Positions 19,701 to 31,700 of a stretch of 64,000 bases of DNA are shown one piece after another (the first letter of the stretch is position 1; the number at the start of each line of letters is the position of its first letter). The stretch lies in contig OZ024748.1 in the NCBI GenBank assembly GCA_964016885.1, forward strand, positions 43,400,001-43,464,000, written 5' to 3'. This stretch comes from Eledone cirrhosa (Eukaryota). A model generated the notes under the pieces. The model did no database searches, had not been told where the DNA came from, and worked only from the letters and a program-made list of their open reading frames with translations. The position numbers were made by a program, and so were the translations under genes.

Positions 19701-22700
19701 CACTCCCGGGGTTCCTTCTCTGAAGACCTTCTACTGTCCAGCTCTCCTGGAAGTTCCTTCTCTGAAGAACTTCTGCTCTCCAGCTCTCCTGGGAGTTCCT
19801 TCTCTGAAGACCTTCTGCTGTCCAGCTCCCCTGGGAGTTCCTTCTCTGAAGACCTTCTGCTGTCCAGCTCTGCTGGGAGTTCCTTCTCTCAAGACCTTCT
19901 ACTGTCCAGCTCTCCCGGGGTTCCTTCTCTCAAGACCTTCTGCTGTCCTGCTCCGCTGGAGTTCCTTCTCTGAAGACCTTCTGCTGTCCAGCTCTCCCGG
20001 GGTTCCTTCTCTGAAGACCTTCTGCAGTCCAGCTCTCCTGGGGTTCCTTCTCTTAAGACCTTCTGCTGTCCAGCTCTCCCGGGGTTCCTTCTCTGAGGAC
20101 CTTCTGCTGTCCAGCTCTCCCGGGGTTCCTTCTCTCAAGACCTTCTGCTATCCAGCTCTCCCGGGGTTCCTTCTCTGAAGACCTTATGCTGTCCAGCTCT
20201 CCTGGAGTTCCTCCTCTGAAGACCTTCTGCTGTCCAGCTCTCCCGGGGTTCCTTCTCTCAAACCTTCTGCAGTCCAGCTCTCCCGGGGTTCCTTCTCTCA
20301 AGACCTTCTGCTGTCCAGCTCTCCCGGGGTTCCTTCTCTCAAGACCTTCTGCTGTCCAGCTCTCCTGAAGTTCCTCCTCTGAAGACCTTCTGCTGTCCAG
20401 CTCTCCCGGGGTTCCTTCTCTGAAGACCTTCTGCTGTCCAGCTCTCCCGGGGTTCCTTCTCTGAAGACCTTCTGCTGTCCAGCTCTCCTGCAGTTCCTTC
20501 TCTGAAGACCTTCTGCTGTCCAGCTCTCCCGGGGTTCCTTCTCTGAAGACCTTCTGCTGTCCAGCTCTCCCGGGGTTCCTTCTCTCAAGACCTTCTGCTA
20601 TCCAGCTCTCCCGGGGTTCCTTCTCTGAAGACCTTCTGCTGTCCAGCTCTCCTGGAGTTCCTCCTCTGAAGACCTTCTGCTGTCCAGCTCTCCCGGGGTT
20701 CCTTCTCTCAAACCTTCTGCTGTCCAGCTCTCCCGGGGTTCCTTCTCTCAAGACCTTCTGCTGTCCAGCTCTCCCGGTGTTCCTTCTCTCAAGACCTTCT
20801 GCTGTCCAGCTCTCCTGAAGTTCCTCCTCTGAAGACCTTCTGCTGTCCAGCTCTCCCGGGGTTCCTTATCTGAAGACCTTCTGCTGTCCAGCTCTCCCGG
20901 GGTTCCTTCTCTGAAGACCTTCTGCTGTCCAGCTCTCCTGGAGTTCCTTCTCTGAAGACCTTCTGCTGTCCAGCTCTCCCGGGGTTCCTTCTCTGAAGAC
21001 CTTCTGATGTCCAGCTCTCCCGGGGTTCCTTCTCTCAAGACCTTCTGCTGTCCAGCTCTCCCGGGGTTCCTTCTCTGATGACCTTCTGCTGTCCAGTTCT
21101 CCTGGGGTTCCTTCTCTGAAGACCTTCTGCTGTCCAGCTCTCCCGGCGTTCCTTCGCTCAAGACCTTCTGCTGTTCAGTTCTCCCGGGGTTCCTTCTCTG
21201 AAGACCTTCTGCTGTCCAGCTCTCCTGAAGTTCCTCCTCTAAAAACCTTCTGATGTCCAGCTCTCCCGGGGTTTCTTCTCTGAAGACCTTCTGCTGTCCA
21301 GCTCTCCCGGGGTTCCTGCTCTCAAAACCTTCTGCTGTCCAGCTCTCCCGGAATTCCTTCTCTGAAGACCTTCTGCTGTCCAGCTCTCCCAGGGTTCCTT
21401 CTCTCAAGACCTTCTGCTGTCCAGCTCTCCCAGGGTTCCTTCTCTCAAGACCTTCTGCTGTCCAGCGCTCCCGGGGTTCCTTCTCTCAAGACCTTCTGCT
21501 GTCCAGCGCTCCCGGAGTTCCTTCTCTGAAGACCTTCTGCTGTCCAGCGCTCCCGGGGTTCCTTCTCTGAAGACCTTCTGTTGTCCAGCTCTCCCAGGTT
21601 CCTTCTCTCAAGACCTTCTGCTGTCCAGCTCTCCTGGAAGTTCCTCCTATGAAAACCTTCTGCTGTCCAGCTCTCCCGGGGTTCCTTCTCTCAAGACCTT
21701 CTGCTGTCCAGCTCTCCCGGGGTTCCTTATGAAGACCTTCTGCTGTCCAGCTCTCCCGGGGTTCCTTCTCTGAAGACCTTCTGCTGTCCAGCTCTCCCGG
21801 GGTTCCTTCTCTGAAGACCTTCTGCTGTCCAGCTCTCCCGGGGTTCCTTCTCTCAAGACCTTCTGCTGTCCAGCTCTCCCAGGGTTCCTTCTCTCAAGAC
21901 CTTCTGCTGTCCAGCTCTCCCGGGGTTCCTTCTCTCAAGACCTTCTGCTGTCCAGCTCTCCCGGGGTTCCTTCTCTCAAGACCTTCTGCTGTCCAGCTCT
22001 CCCAGGGTTCCTTCTCTCAAGACCTTCTGCTGTCCAGCTCTCCCGGGGTTCCTTCTCTCAAGACCTTCTGCTGTCCAGCTCTCCTGGAAGTTCCTCCTCT
22101 GAAGACCTTCTGCTGTCCAGCTCTCCTGGGGTTCCTTATCTGAAGACCTTCTGCTGTCCAGCTCTCCCGGGGATCCTACTCTCAAGTCCTTCTGCTGTCC
22201 AGCTCTCCTGGAAGTTCCTCCTCTGAAGACCTTCTGCTGTCCAGCTCTCCCGGGGTTCCTTCTCTGAAGACCTTCTGCTGTCCAGCTCTCCTGGAGTTCC
22301 TTCTCTGAAGACCTTCTGCTGTCCAGCTCTCCCGGGGTTCCTTCTCTCAAGACCTTCTGCTGTCCAGCTCTCCCGGGGTTCCTTCTCTGAAGACCTTCTG
22401 CTGTCCAGCTCTCCCGGGGTTCCTTCTCTGAAGACCTTCTGCTGTCCAGCTCTCCTGGAGTTCCTTCTCTGAAGACCTTCTACTGTCCAGCTCTCCTGGG
22501 GTTCCTTCTCTGAAGACCTTCTGCTGTCCAGCTCTCCTGGAGTTCCTTCTCTGAAGACCTTCTGCTGTCCAGCTCTCCTGGAAGGTCCTCCTCTGAAGAC
22601 CTTCTGCTGTCCAGCTCTCCCGCGGTTCCTACTCTCAAGACCTTCTGCTGTCCAGCTCTCCCGGGGTTCCTTCTCTGAAGACTTTCTGCTGTCCAGCTCT

Positions 22701-25700
22701 CCCGGGGTTCCTTCTCTCAAGACCTTCTGCTGTCCAGCTCTCCTGGAAGTTCCTCCTCTGAAGACCTTCTGCTGTCCAGCTCTCCTGGGGTTCCTTCTCT
22801 GAAGACCTTCTGCTGTCCAGCTCTCCCGGGGTTCCTTCTCTCAAGACCTTCTGCTGTCCAGCTCTCCTGGAAGTTCCTCCTCTGAAGACCTTCTGCTGTC
22901 CAGCTCTCCCGGGGTTCCTTCTCTGAAGACCTTCTACTGTCCAGCTCTCCTGGGGTTCCTTCTCTGAAGACCTTCTGCTGTCCAGCTCTCCTGGAGTTCC
23001 TTCTCTGAAGACCTTCTGCTGTCCAGCTCTCCCGGGGTTCCTTCTCTGAAGACCTTCTGCTGTCCAGCTCTCCCGGGGTTCCTTCTCTGAAGACCTTCTG
23101 CTGTCCAGCTCTCCCGGGGTTCCTTCTCTGAAGACCTTCTGCTGTCCAGCTCTCCTGGAGTTCCTTCTCTGAAGACCTTCTGCTGTCCAGCTCTCCCGGG
23201 GTTCCTTCTCTGAAGACCTTCTACTGTCCAGCTCTCCTGGAAGTTCCTCCTCTGAAGACCTTCTGCTGTCCATCTCTCCTGGAGTTCCTTCTCTGAAGAC
23301 CTTCTACTGTCCAGATCTCCTGAGAGTTTCTTCTCTGAAGACCTTCTGCTGTCCAGCTCTCCTGGAGTTCCTTCTCGCAAGACCTTCTGCTGTCCAGATC
23401 TCCTGAGAGTTTCTTCTCTGAAGACCTTCTGTTGTCCAGCTCTCCTGGAGTTCCTTCTCTGAAGACCTTCTGCTGTCCAGCTCTCCTGGAGTTCCTTCTC
23501 TCAAGACCTTCTACTGTCCAGCTCTCCTGGGGTTCCTTCTCTGAAGACCTTCTGCTGTCCAGCTCTCCTGGAGTTCCTTCTCTGAAGACCTTCTGCTGTC
23601 CAGCTCTCCCGGAGTTCCTTCTCTGAAGACCTTCTGCTGTCCAGCCCTCCCGGGGTTCCTACTCTGAAGACCTTCTGCTGTCCAGCTCTCCCGGGGTTCC
23701 TTCTCTGAAGACCTTCTGCTGTCCAGCTCTCCCGGGGTTCCTTCTCTGAAGACCTTCTACTGTCCAGCACTCCTGGAGGTTCCTCATCTGAACACCTTCT
23801 GCAGTCCAGCTCTCCTGGAGTTCCTTCTCTGAAGACCTTCTACTGTTTAGATCTCCTGAGAGTTTCTTCTCTGAAGACCTTCTGCTGTCCAGCTCTCCTG
23901 GAGTTCCTTCTCTCAAGACCTTCTGCTGTCCAGCTCTCCTGAGAGTTTCTTCTCTGAAGACCTTCTGCTGTCCAGCTCTCCTGGAGTTCCTTCTCTGAAG
24001 ACCTTCTGCTGTCCAGCTCTCCTGAGAGTTCCTTCTCTGAAGACCTTCTGCTGTCCAGCTCTCCTGGGAGTTCCTTCTCTGAAGACCTTCTACTGTCCAG
24101 CTCTCCCGGGGTTCCTTCTCTGAAGACCTTCTGATGTGCAGCACTCCCGGGGTTCCTTCTCTGAAAACCTTCTACTGTCCAGCGCTCCTGGAAGTTCCTT
24201 CTCTGAAGACCTTCTGTCTCCAGCTCTCCTGGGAGTTCCTTCTCTGAAGACCTTCTGCTGTCCAGCTCTCCTGGGAGTTCCTTCTCTGAAGACCTTCTGC
24301 TGTCCAGCTCTCCTGGGAGTTCCTTCTCTCAAGAACTTCTACTGTCCAGCTCTCCCGGGGTTCCTTCTCTCAAGACCTTCTGCTATCCTGCTCCCCTGGA
24401 GTTCCTTCTCTGAAGACCTTCTGCTGTCCAGCTCTCCCGGGGTTCCTTCTCTGAAGACCTTCTGCTGTCCAGCTCTCCCGGGGTTCCTACTCTGAAGACC
24501 TTCTGCTGTCCAGCTCTCCCGGGGTTCCTTCTCTGAAGACCTTCTGCTGTCCAGCTCACCCGGGGTTCCTTCTCTCAAGACCTTCTGCTGTCCAGCTCTC
24601 CCGGGGTTCCTTATCTGAAGACCTTCTGCTGTCCAGCTCTCCTGGAGTTCCTCATCTGAAGACCTTCTGCTGTCCAGCTCTCCCGGGGTTCCTTCTCTCA
24701 AACCTTCTGCTGTCCAGCTCTCCCGGGGTTCCTTCTCTCAAGACCTTCTGCTGTCCAGCTCTCCCGGGGTTCCTTCTCTCAAGACCTTCTGCTGTCCAGC
24801 TCTCCTGAAGTTCCTCCTCTGAAGACCTTCTGCTGTCCAGCGCTTCCGGGGTTCCTTCTCTCAAGACCTTCTGTTGTCAAGCTCTCCCGCGGTTCCTTCT
24901 CTGAAGACCTTCTGCTGTCCAGCTCTCCTGGGGTTCCTTCTCTGAAGACCTTCTGCTGTACAGCTCTCCCGGGGTTCCTTCTCTGAAGACCTTCTGCTGT
25001 CCAGCTCTCCCGGGGTTCCTTCTCTGAAGACCTTCTGCTGTCCAGCTCTCCTGGAGTTCCTTCTCTGAAGACCTTCTGCTGTCCAGCTCTCCCGGGGTTC
25101 CTTCTCTGAAGACCTTCTGCTGTCCAGCTCTCCCGGGGTTCCTTCTCTCAAGACCTTCTGCTGTCCAGCTCTCCCGGGGTTCCTTCTCTGAAGACCTTCT
25201 GCTGTCCAGCTCTCCTGGGGTTCCTTCTCTCAAGACCTTCTGCTGTCCAGCTCTCCCGGCGTTCCTTCTCTCAAGACCTTCTGCTGTCCAGTTCTCCCGG
25301 GGTTCCTTCTCTGCAGACCTTCTGCTGTCCAGCTCTCCTGAAGTTCCTCCTCTGAAGACCTTCTGCTGTCCAGCTCTCCCGGAGTTCCTTCTCTCAAGAC
25401 CTTCTGCTGTTCAGTTCTCCCGGGGTTCCTTCTCTGAAGACCTTCTGCTGTCCAGCTCTTTTGAAGTTCCTCCTCTAAAAACTTTCTGCTGTCCAGCTCT
25501 CACGGGGTTCCTTCTCTGAAGACCTTCTGCTGTCCAGCTCTCCCGGGGTTCCTACTCTCAAGACCTTCTGCTGTCCAGCTCTCCCAGGGTTCCTTCTCTC
25601 AAGACCTTCTGCTGTCCAGCTCTCCCAGGGATCCTTCTCTCAAGACCTTCTGCTGTCCAGCGCTCCCGGGGTTCCTTCTCTCAAGACCTTCTGCTGTCCA

Positions 25701-28700
25701 GCGCTCCCGAGGTTCCTTCTCTGAAGACCTTCTGCTGTCCAGCGCTCCCGGGGTTCCTTCTCTGAAGACCTTCTGTTGTCCAGCTCTCCCAGGGTTCCTA
25801 CTCTCAAGACCTTCTGCTGTCCAGCTCTCCTGGAAGTTCCTCCTATGAAGACCTTTCTGCTGTCCAGCTCTCCCGGGGTTTCTTATGAAGACCTTCTGCT
25901 GTCCAGCTCTCCCGGGGTTCCTTCTCTGAAGACCTTCTGCTGTCCAGCTCTCCCGGGGTTCCTTCTCTCAAGACCTTCTGCTGTCCAGCTCTCCCGGGGT
26001 TCCTTCTCTCAAGACCTTCTGCTGTCCAGCTCTCCCGGGGTTCCTTCTCTGAAGACCTTCTGCTGTCCATCTCTCCCGGGGTTCCTACTCTCCAGACCTT
26101 CTGCTGTCCAGCTCTCCTGGAAGTTCCTCCTCTGAAGACCTTCTGCTGTCCAGCTCTCCTGGGGTTCCTTCTCTGAAGACCTTCTGCTGTCCAGCTCTCC
26201 CGGGGTTCCTACTCTCAAGTCCTTCTGCTGTCCAGCTCTCCTGGAAGTTCCTCCTCTGAAGACCTTCTGCTGTCCAGCTCTACCGGGGTTCCTTCTCTGA
26301 AGACCTTCTGCTGTCCAGCTCTCCTGTAGTTCCTTCTCTCAAGACCTTCTGCTGTCCAGCTCTCTCGGGGTTCCTTCTCTCAAGACCTTCTGCTGCCCAG
26401 CTCTCCCGGGGTTCCTTCTCTGAAGGCCTTCTGCTGTCCAGCTCTCCTGGAGTTCCTTCTCTGAAGACCTTCTACTGTCCAGCTCTCCTGGGGTTCCTTC
26501 TCTGAAGACCTTCTGCTGTCCAGCTCTCCTGGAGTTCCTTCTCTGAAGACCTTCTGCTGTCCAGCTCTCCTGGAAGTTCCTCCTCTGAAGACCTTCTGCT
26601 GTCCAGCTCTCCCGGGGTTCCTTCTCTGAAGACCTTCTGCTGTCCAGCTCTCCCGGGGTTCCTTCTCTGAAGACCTTCTGCTGTCCAGCTCTCCTGGAGT
26701 TCCTTCTCTGAAGACCTTCTGCTGTCCAGCTCTCCCGGGGTTCCTTCCCTCAAGACCTTCTGCTGTCCAGCTCTCCCGGGGTTCCTTCTCTGAAAACCTT
26801 CTACTGTCCAGCTCTCCTGGAAGTTCCTCCTCTGAAGACCTTCTGCTGTCCAGCTCTCCTGAGAGTTTCTTCTCTGAAGACCTTCTGCTGTTCAGCTCTC
26901 CTGGAGTTCCTTCTCTCAAGACCTTCTGCTGTCCAGCTCTCCCAGGGTTCCTTCTCTCAAGACCTTCTGCTGTCCAGCTCTCCCGGGGTTCCTTCTCTCA
27001 AGACCTTCTGCTGTCCAGCTCTCCCGGGGTTCCTTCTCTCAAGACCTTCTGCTGTCCAGCTCTCCCAGGGTTCCTTCTCTCAAGACCTTCTGCTGTCCAG
27101 CTCTCCCGGGGTTCCTTCTCTCAAGACCTTCTGCTGTCCAGCTCTCCTGGAAGTTCCTCCTCTGAAGACCTTCTGCTGTCCAGCTCTCCTGGGGTTCCTT
27201 ATCTGAAGACCTTCTGCTGTCCAGCTCTCCCGGGGATCCTACTCTCAAGTCCTTCTGCTGTCCAGCTCTCCTGGAAGTTCCTCCTCTGAAGACCTTCTGC
27301 TGTCCAGCTCTCCCGGGGTTCCTTCTCTGAAGACCTTCTGCTGTCCAGCTCTCCTGGAGTTCCTTCTCTGAAGACCTTCTGCTGTCCAGCTCTCCCGGGG
27401 TTCCTTCTCTCAAGACCTTCTGCTGTCCAGCTCTCCCGGGGTTCCTTCTCTGAAGACCTTCTGCTGTCCAGCTCTCCCGGGGTTCCTTCTCTGAAGACCT
27501 TCTGCTGTCCAGCTCTCCTGGAGTTCCTTCTCTGAAGACCTTCTACTGTCCAGCTCTCCTGGGGTTCCTTCTCTGAAGACCTTCTGCTGTCCAGCTCTCC
27601 TGGAGTTCCTTCTCTGAAGACCTTCTGCTGTCCAGCTCTCCTGGAAGGTCCTCCTCTGAAGACCTTCTGCTGTCCAGCTCTCCCGCGGTTCCTACTCTCA
27701 AGACCTTCTGCTGTCCAGCTCTCCCGGGGTTCCTTCTCTGAAGACCTTCTGCTGTCCAGCTCTCCCGGGGTTCCTTCTCTCAAGACCTTCTGCTGTCCAG
27801 CTCTCCTGGAAGTTCCTCCTCTGAAGACCTTCTGCTGTCCAGCTCTCCTGGGGTTCCTTCTCTGAAGACCTTCTGCTGTCCAGCTCTCCCGGGGTTCCTT
27901 CTCTCAAGACCTTCTGCTGTCCAGCTCTCCTGGAAGTTCCTCCTCTGAAGACCTTCTGCTGTCCAGCTCTCCCGGGGTTCCTTCTCTGAAGACCTTCTAC
28001 TGTCCAGCTCTCCTGGGGTTCCTTCTCTGAAGACCTTCTGCTGTCCAGCTCTCCTGGAGTTCCTTCTCTGAAGACCTTCTGCTGTCCAGCTCTCCCGGGG
28101 TTCCTTCTCTGAAGACCTTCTGCTGTCCAGCTCTCCCGGGGTTCCTTCTCTGAAGACCTTCTGCTGTCCAGCTCTCCCGGGGTTCCTTCTCTGAAGACCT
28201 TCTGCTGTCCAGCTCTCCTGGAGTTCCTTCTCTGAAGACCTTCTGCTGTCCAGCTCTCCCGGGGTTCCTTCTCTGAAGACCTTCTACTGTCCAGCTCTCC
28301 TGGAAGTTCCCCCTCTGAAGACCTTCTGCTGTCCATCTCTCCTGGAGTTCCTTCTCTGAAGACCTTCTACTGTCCAGATCTCCTGAGAGTTTCTTCTCTG
28401 AAGACCTTCTGCTGTCCAGCTCTCCTGGAGTTCCTTCTCGCAAGACCTTCTGCTGTCCAGATCTCCTGAGAGTTTCTTCTCTGAAGACCTTCTGTTGTCC
28501 AGCTCTCCTGGAGTTCCTTCTCTGAAGACCTTCTGCTATCCAGCTCTCCTGGAGTTCCTTCTCTCAAGACCTTCTACTGTCCAGCTCTCCTGGGGTTCCT
28601 TCTCTGAAGACCTTCTGCTGTCCAGCTCTCCTGGAGTTCCTTCTCTGAAGACCTTCTGCTGTCCAGCTCTCCCGGAGTTCCTTCTCTGAAGACCTTCTGC

Positions 28701-31700
28701 TGTCCAGCCCTCCCGGGGTTCCTACTCTGAAGACCTTCTGCTGTCCAGCTCTCCCGGGGTTCCTTCTCTGAAGACCTTCTGCTGTCCAGCTCTCCCGGGG
28801 TTCCTTCTCTGAAGACCTTCTACTGTCCAGCACTCCTGGAGGTTCCTCATCTGAACACCTTCTGCAGTCCAGCTCTCCTGGAGTTCCTTCTCTGAAGACC
28901 TTCTACTGTTTAGATCTCCTGAGAGTTTCTTCTCTGAAGACCTTCTGCTGTCCAGCTCTCCTGGAGTTCCTTCTCTCAAGACCTTCTGCTGTCCAGCTCT
29001 CCTGAGAGTTTCTTCTCTGAAGACCTTCTGCTGTCCAGCTCTCCTGGAGTTCCTTCTCTGAAGACCTTCTGCTGTCCAGCTCTCCTGAGAGTTCCTTCTC
29101 TGAAGACCTTCTGCTGTCCAGCTCTCCTGGGAGTTCCTTCTCTGAAGACCTTCTACTGTCCAGCTCTCCCGGGGTTCCTTCTCTGAAGACCTTCTGATGT
29201 GCAGCACTCCCGGGGTTCCTTCTCTGAAAACCTTCTACTGTCCAGCGCTCCTGGAAGTTCCTTCTCTGAAGACCTTCTGTCTCCAGCTCTCCTGGGAGTT
29301 CCTTCTCTGAAGACCTTCTGCTGTCCAGCTCTCCTGGGAGTTCCTTCTCTGAAGACCTTCTGCTGTCCAGCTCTCCTGGGAGTTCCTTCTCTCAAGAACT
29401 TCTACTGTCCAGCTCTCCCGGGGTTCCTTCTCTCAAGACCTTCTGCTATCCTGCTCCCCTGGAGTTCCTTCTCTGAAGACCTTCTGCTGTCCAGCTCTCC
29501 CGGGGTTCCTACTCTGAAGACCTTCTGCTGTCCAGCTCTCCCGGGGTTCCTTCTCTGAAGACCTTCTGCTGTCCAGCTCACCCGGGGTTCCTTCTCTCAA
29601 GACCTTCTGCTGTCCAGCTCTCCCGGGGTTCCTTATCTGAAGACCTTCTGCTGTCCAGCTCTCCTGGAGTTCCTCATCTGAAGACCTTCTGCTGTCCAGC
29701 TCTCCCGGGGTTCCTTCTCTCAAACCTTCTGCTGTCCAGCTCTCCCGGGGTTCCTTCTCTCAAGACCTTCTGCTGTCCAGCTCTCCCGGGGTTCCTTCTC
29801 TCAAGACCTTCTGCTGTCCAGCTCTCCTGAAGTTCCTCCTCTGAAGACCTTCTGCTGTCCAGCGCTTCCGGGGTTCCTTCTCTCAAGACCTTCTGCTGTC
29901 AAGCTCTCCCGCGGTTCCTTCTCTGAAGACCTTCTGCTGTCCAGCTCTCCTGGGGTTCCTTCTCTGAAGACCTTCTGCTGTACAGCTCTCCCGGGGTTCC
30001 TTCTCTGAAGACCTTCTGCTGTCCAGCTCTCCCGGGGTTCCTTCTCTGAAGACCTTCTGCTGTCCAGCTCTCCTGGAGTTCCTTCTCTGAAGACCTTCTG
30101 CTGTCCAGCTCTCCCGGGGTTCCTTCTCTGAAGACCTTCTGCTGTCCAGCTCTCCCGGGGTTCCTTCTCTCAAGACCTTCTGCTGTCCAGCTCTCCCGGG
30201 GTTCCTTCTCTGAAGACCTTCTGCTGTCCAGCTCTCCTGGGGTTCCTTCTCTCAAGACCTTCTGCTGTCCAGCTCTCCCGGCGTTCCTTCTCTCAAGACC
30301 TTCTGCTGTCCAGTTCTCCCGGGGTTCCTTCTCTGCAGACCTTCTGCTGTCCAGCTCTCCTGAAGTTCCTCCTCTGAAGACCTTCTGCTGTCCAGCTCTC
30401 CCGGAGTTCCTTCTCTCAAGACCTTCTGCTGTTCAGTTCTCCCGGGGTTCCTTCTCTGAAGACCTTCTGCTGTCCAGCTCTTTTGAAGTTCCTCCTCTAA
30501 AAACTTTCTGCTGTCCAGCTCTCACGGGGTTCCTTCTCTGAAGACCTTCTGCTGTCCAGCTCTCCCGGGGTTCCTACTCTCAAGACCTTCTGCTGTCCAG
30601 CTCTCCCAGGGTTCCTTCTCTCAAGACCTTCTGCTGTCCAGCTCTCCCAGGGATCCTTCTCTCAAGACCTTCTGCTGTCCAGCGCTCCCGGGGTTCCTTC
30701 TCTCAAGACCTTCTGCTGTCCAGCGCTCCCGAGGTTCCTTCTCTGAAGACCTTCTGCTGTCCAGCGCTCCCGGGGTTCCTTCTCTGAAGACCTTCTGTTG
30801 TCCAGCTCTCCCAGGGTTCCTACTCTCAAGACCTTCTGCTGTCCAGCTCTCCTGGAAGTTCCTCCTATGAAGACCTTTCTGCTGTCCAGCTCTCCCGGGG
30901 TTCCTTATGAAGACCTTCTGCTGTCCAGCTCTCCCGGGGTTCCTTCTCTGAAGACCTTCTGCTGTCCAGCTCTCCCGGGGTTCCTTCTCTCAAGACCTTC
31001 TGCTGTCCAGCTCTCCCGGGGTTCCTTCTCTCAAGACCTTCTGCTGTCCAGCTCTCCCGGGGTTCCTTCTCTGAAGACCTTCTGCTGTCCATCTCTCCCG
31101 GGGTTCCTACTCTCCAGACCTTCTGCTGTCCAGCTCTCCTGGAAGTTCCTCCTCTGAAGACCTTCTGCTGTCCAGCTCTCCTGGAGTTCCTTCTCTGAAG
31201 ACCTTCTGCTGTCCAGCTCTCCCGGGGTTCCTACTCTCAAGTCCTTCTGCTGTCCAGCTCTCCTGGAAGTTCCTCCTCTGAAGACCTTCTGCTGTCCAGC
31301 TCTACCGGGGTTCCTTCTCTGAAGACCTTCTGCTGTCCAGCTCTCCTGTAGTTCCTTCTCTCAAGACCTTCTGCTGTCCAGCTCTCTCGGGGTTCCTTCT
31401 CTCAAGACCTTCTGCTGCCCAGCTCTCCCGGGGTTCCTTCTCTGAAGGCCTTCTGCTGTCCAGCTCTCCTGGAGTTCCTTCTCTGAAGACCTTCTACTGT
31501 CCAGCTCTCCTGGGGTTCCTTCTCTGAAGACCTTCTGCTGTCCAGCTCTCCTGGAGTTCCTTCTCTGAAGACCTTCTGCTGTCCAGCTCTCCTGGAAGTT
31601 CCTCCTCTGAAGACCTTCTGCTGTCCAGCTCTCCCGGGGTTCCTTCTCTGAAGACCTTCTGCTGTCCAGCTCTCCCGGGGTTCCTTCTCTGAAGACCTTC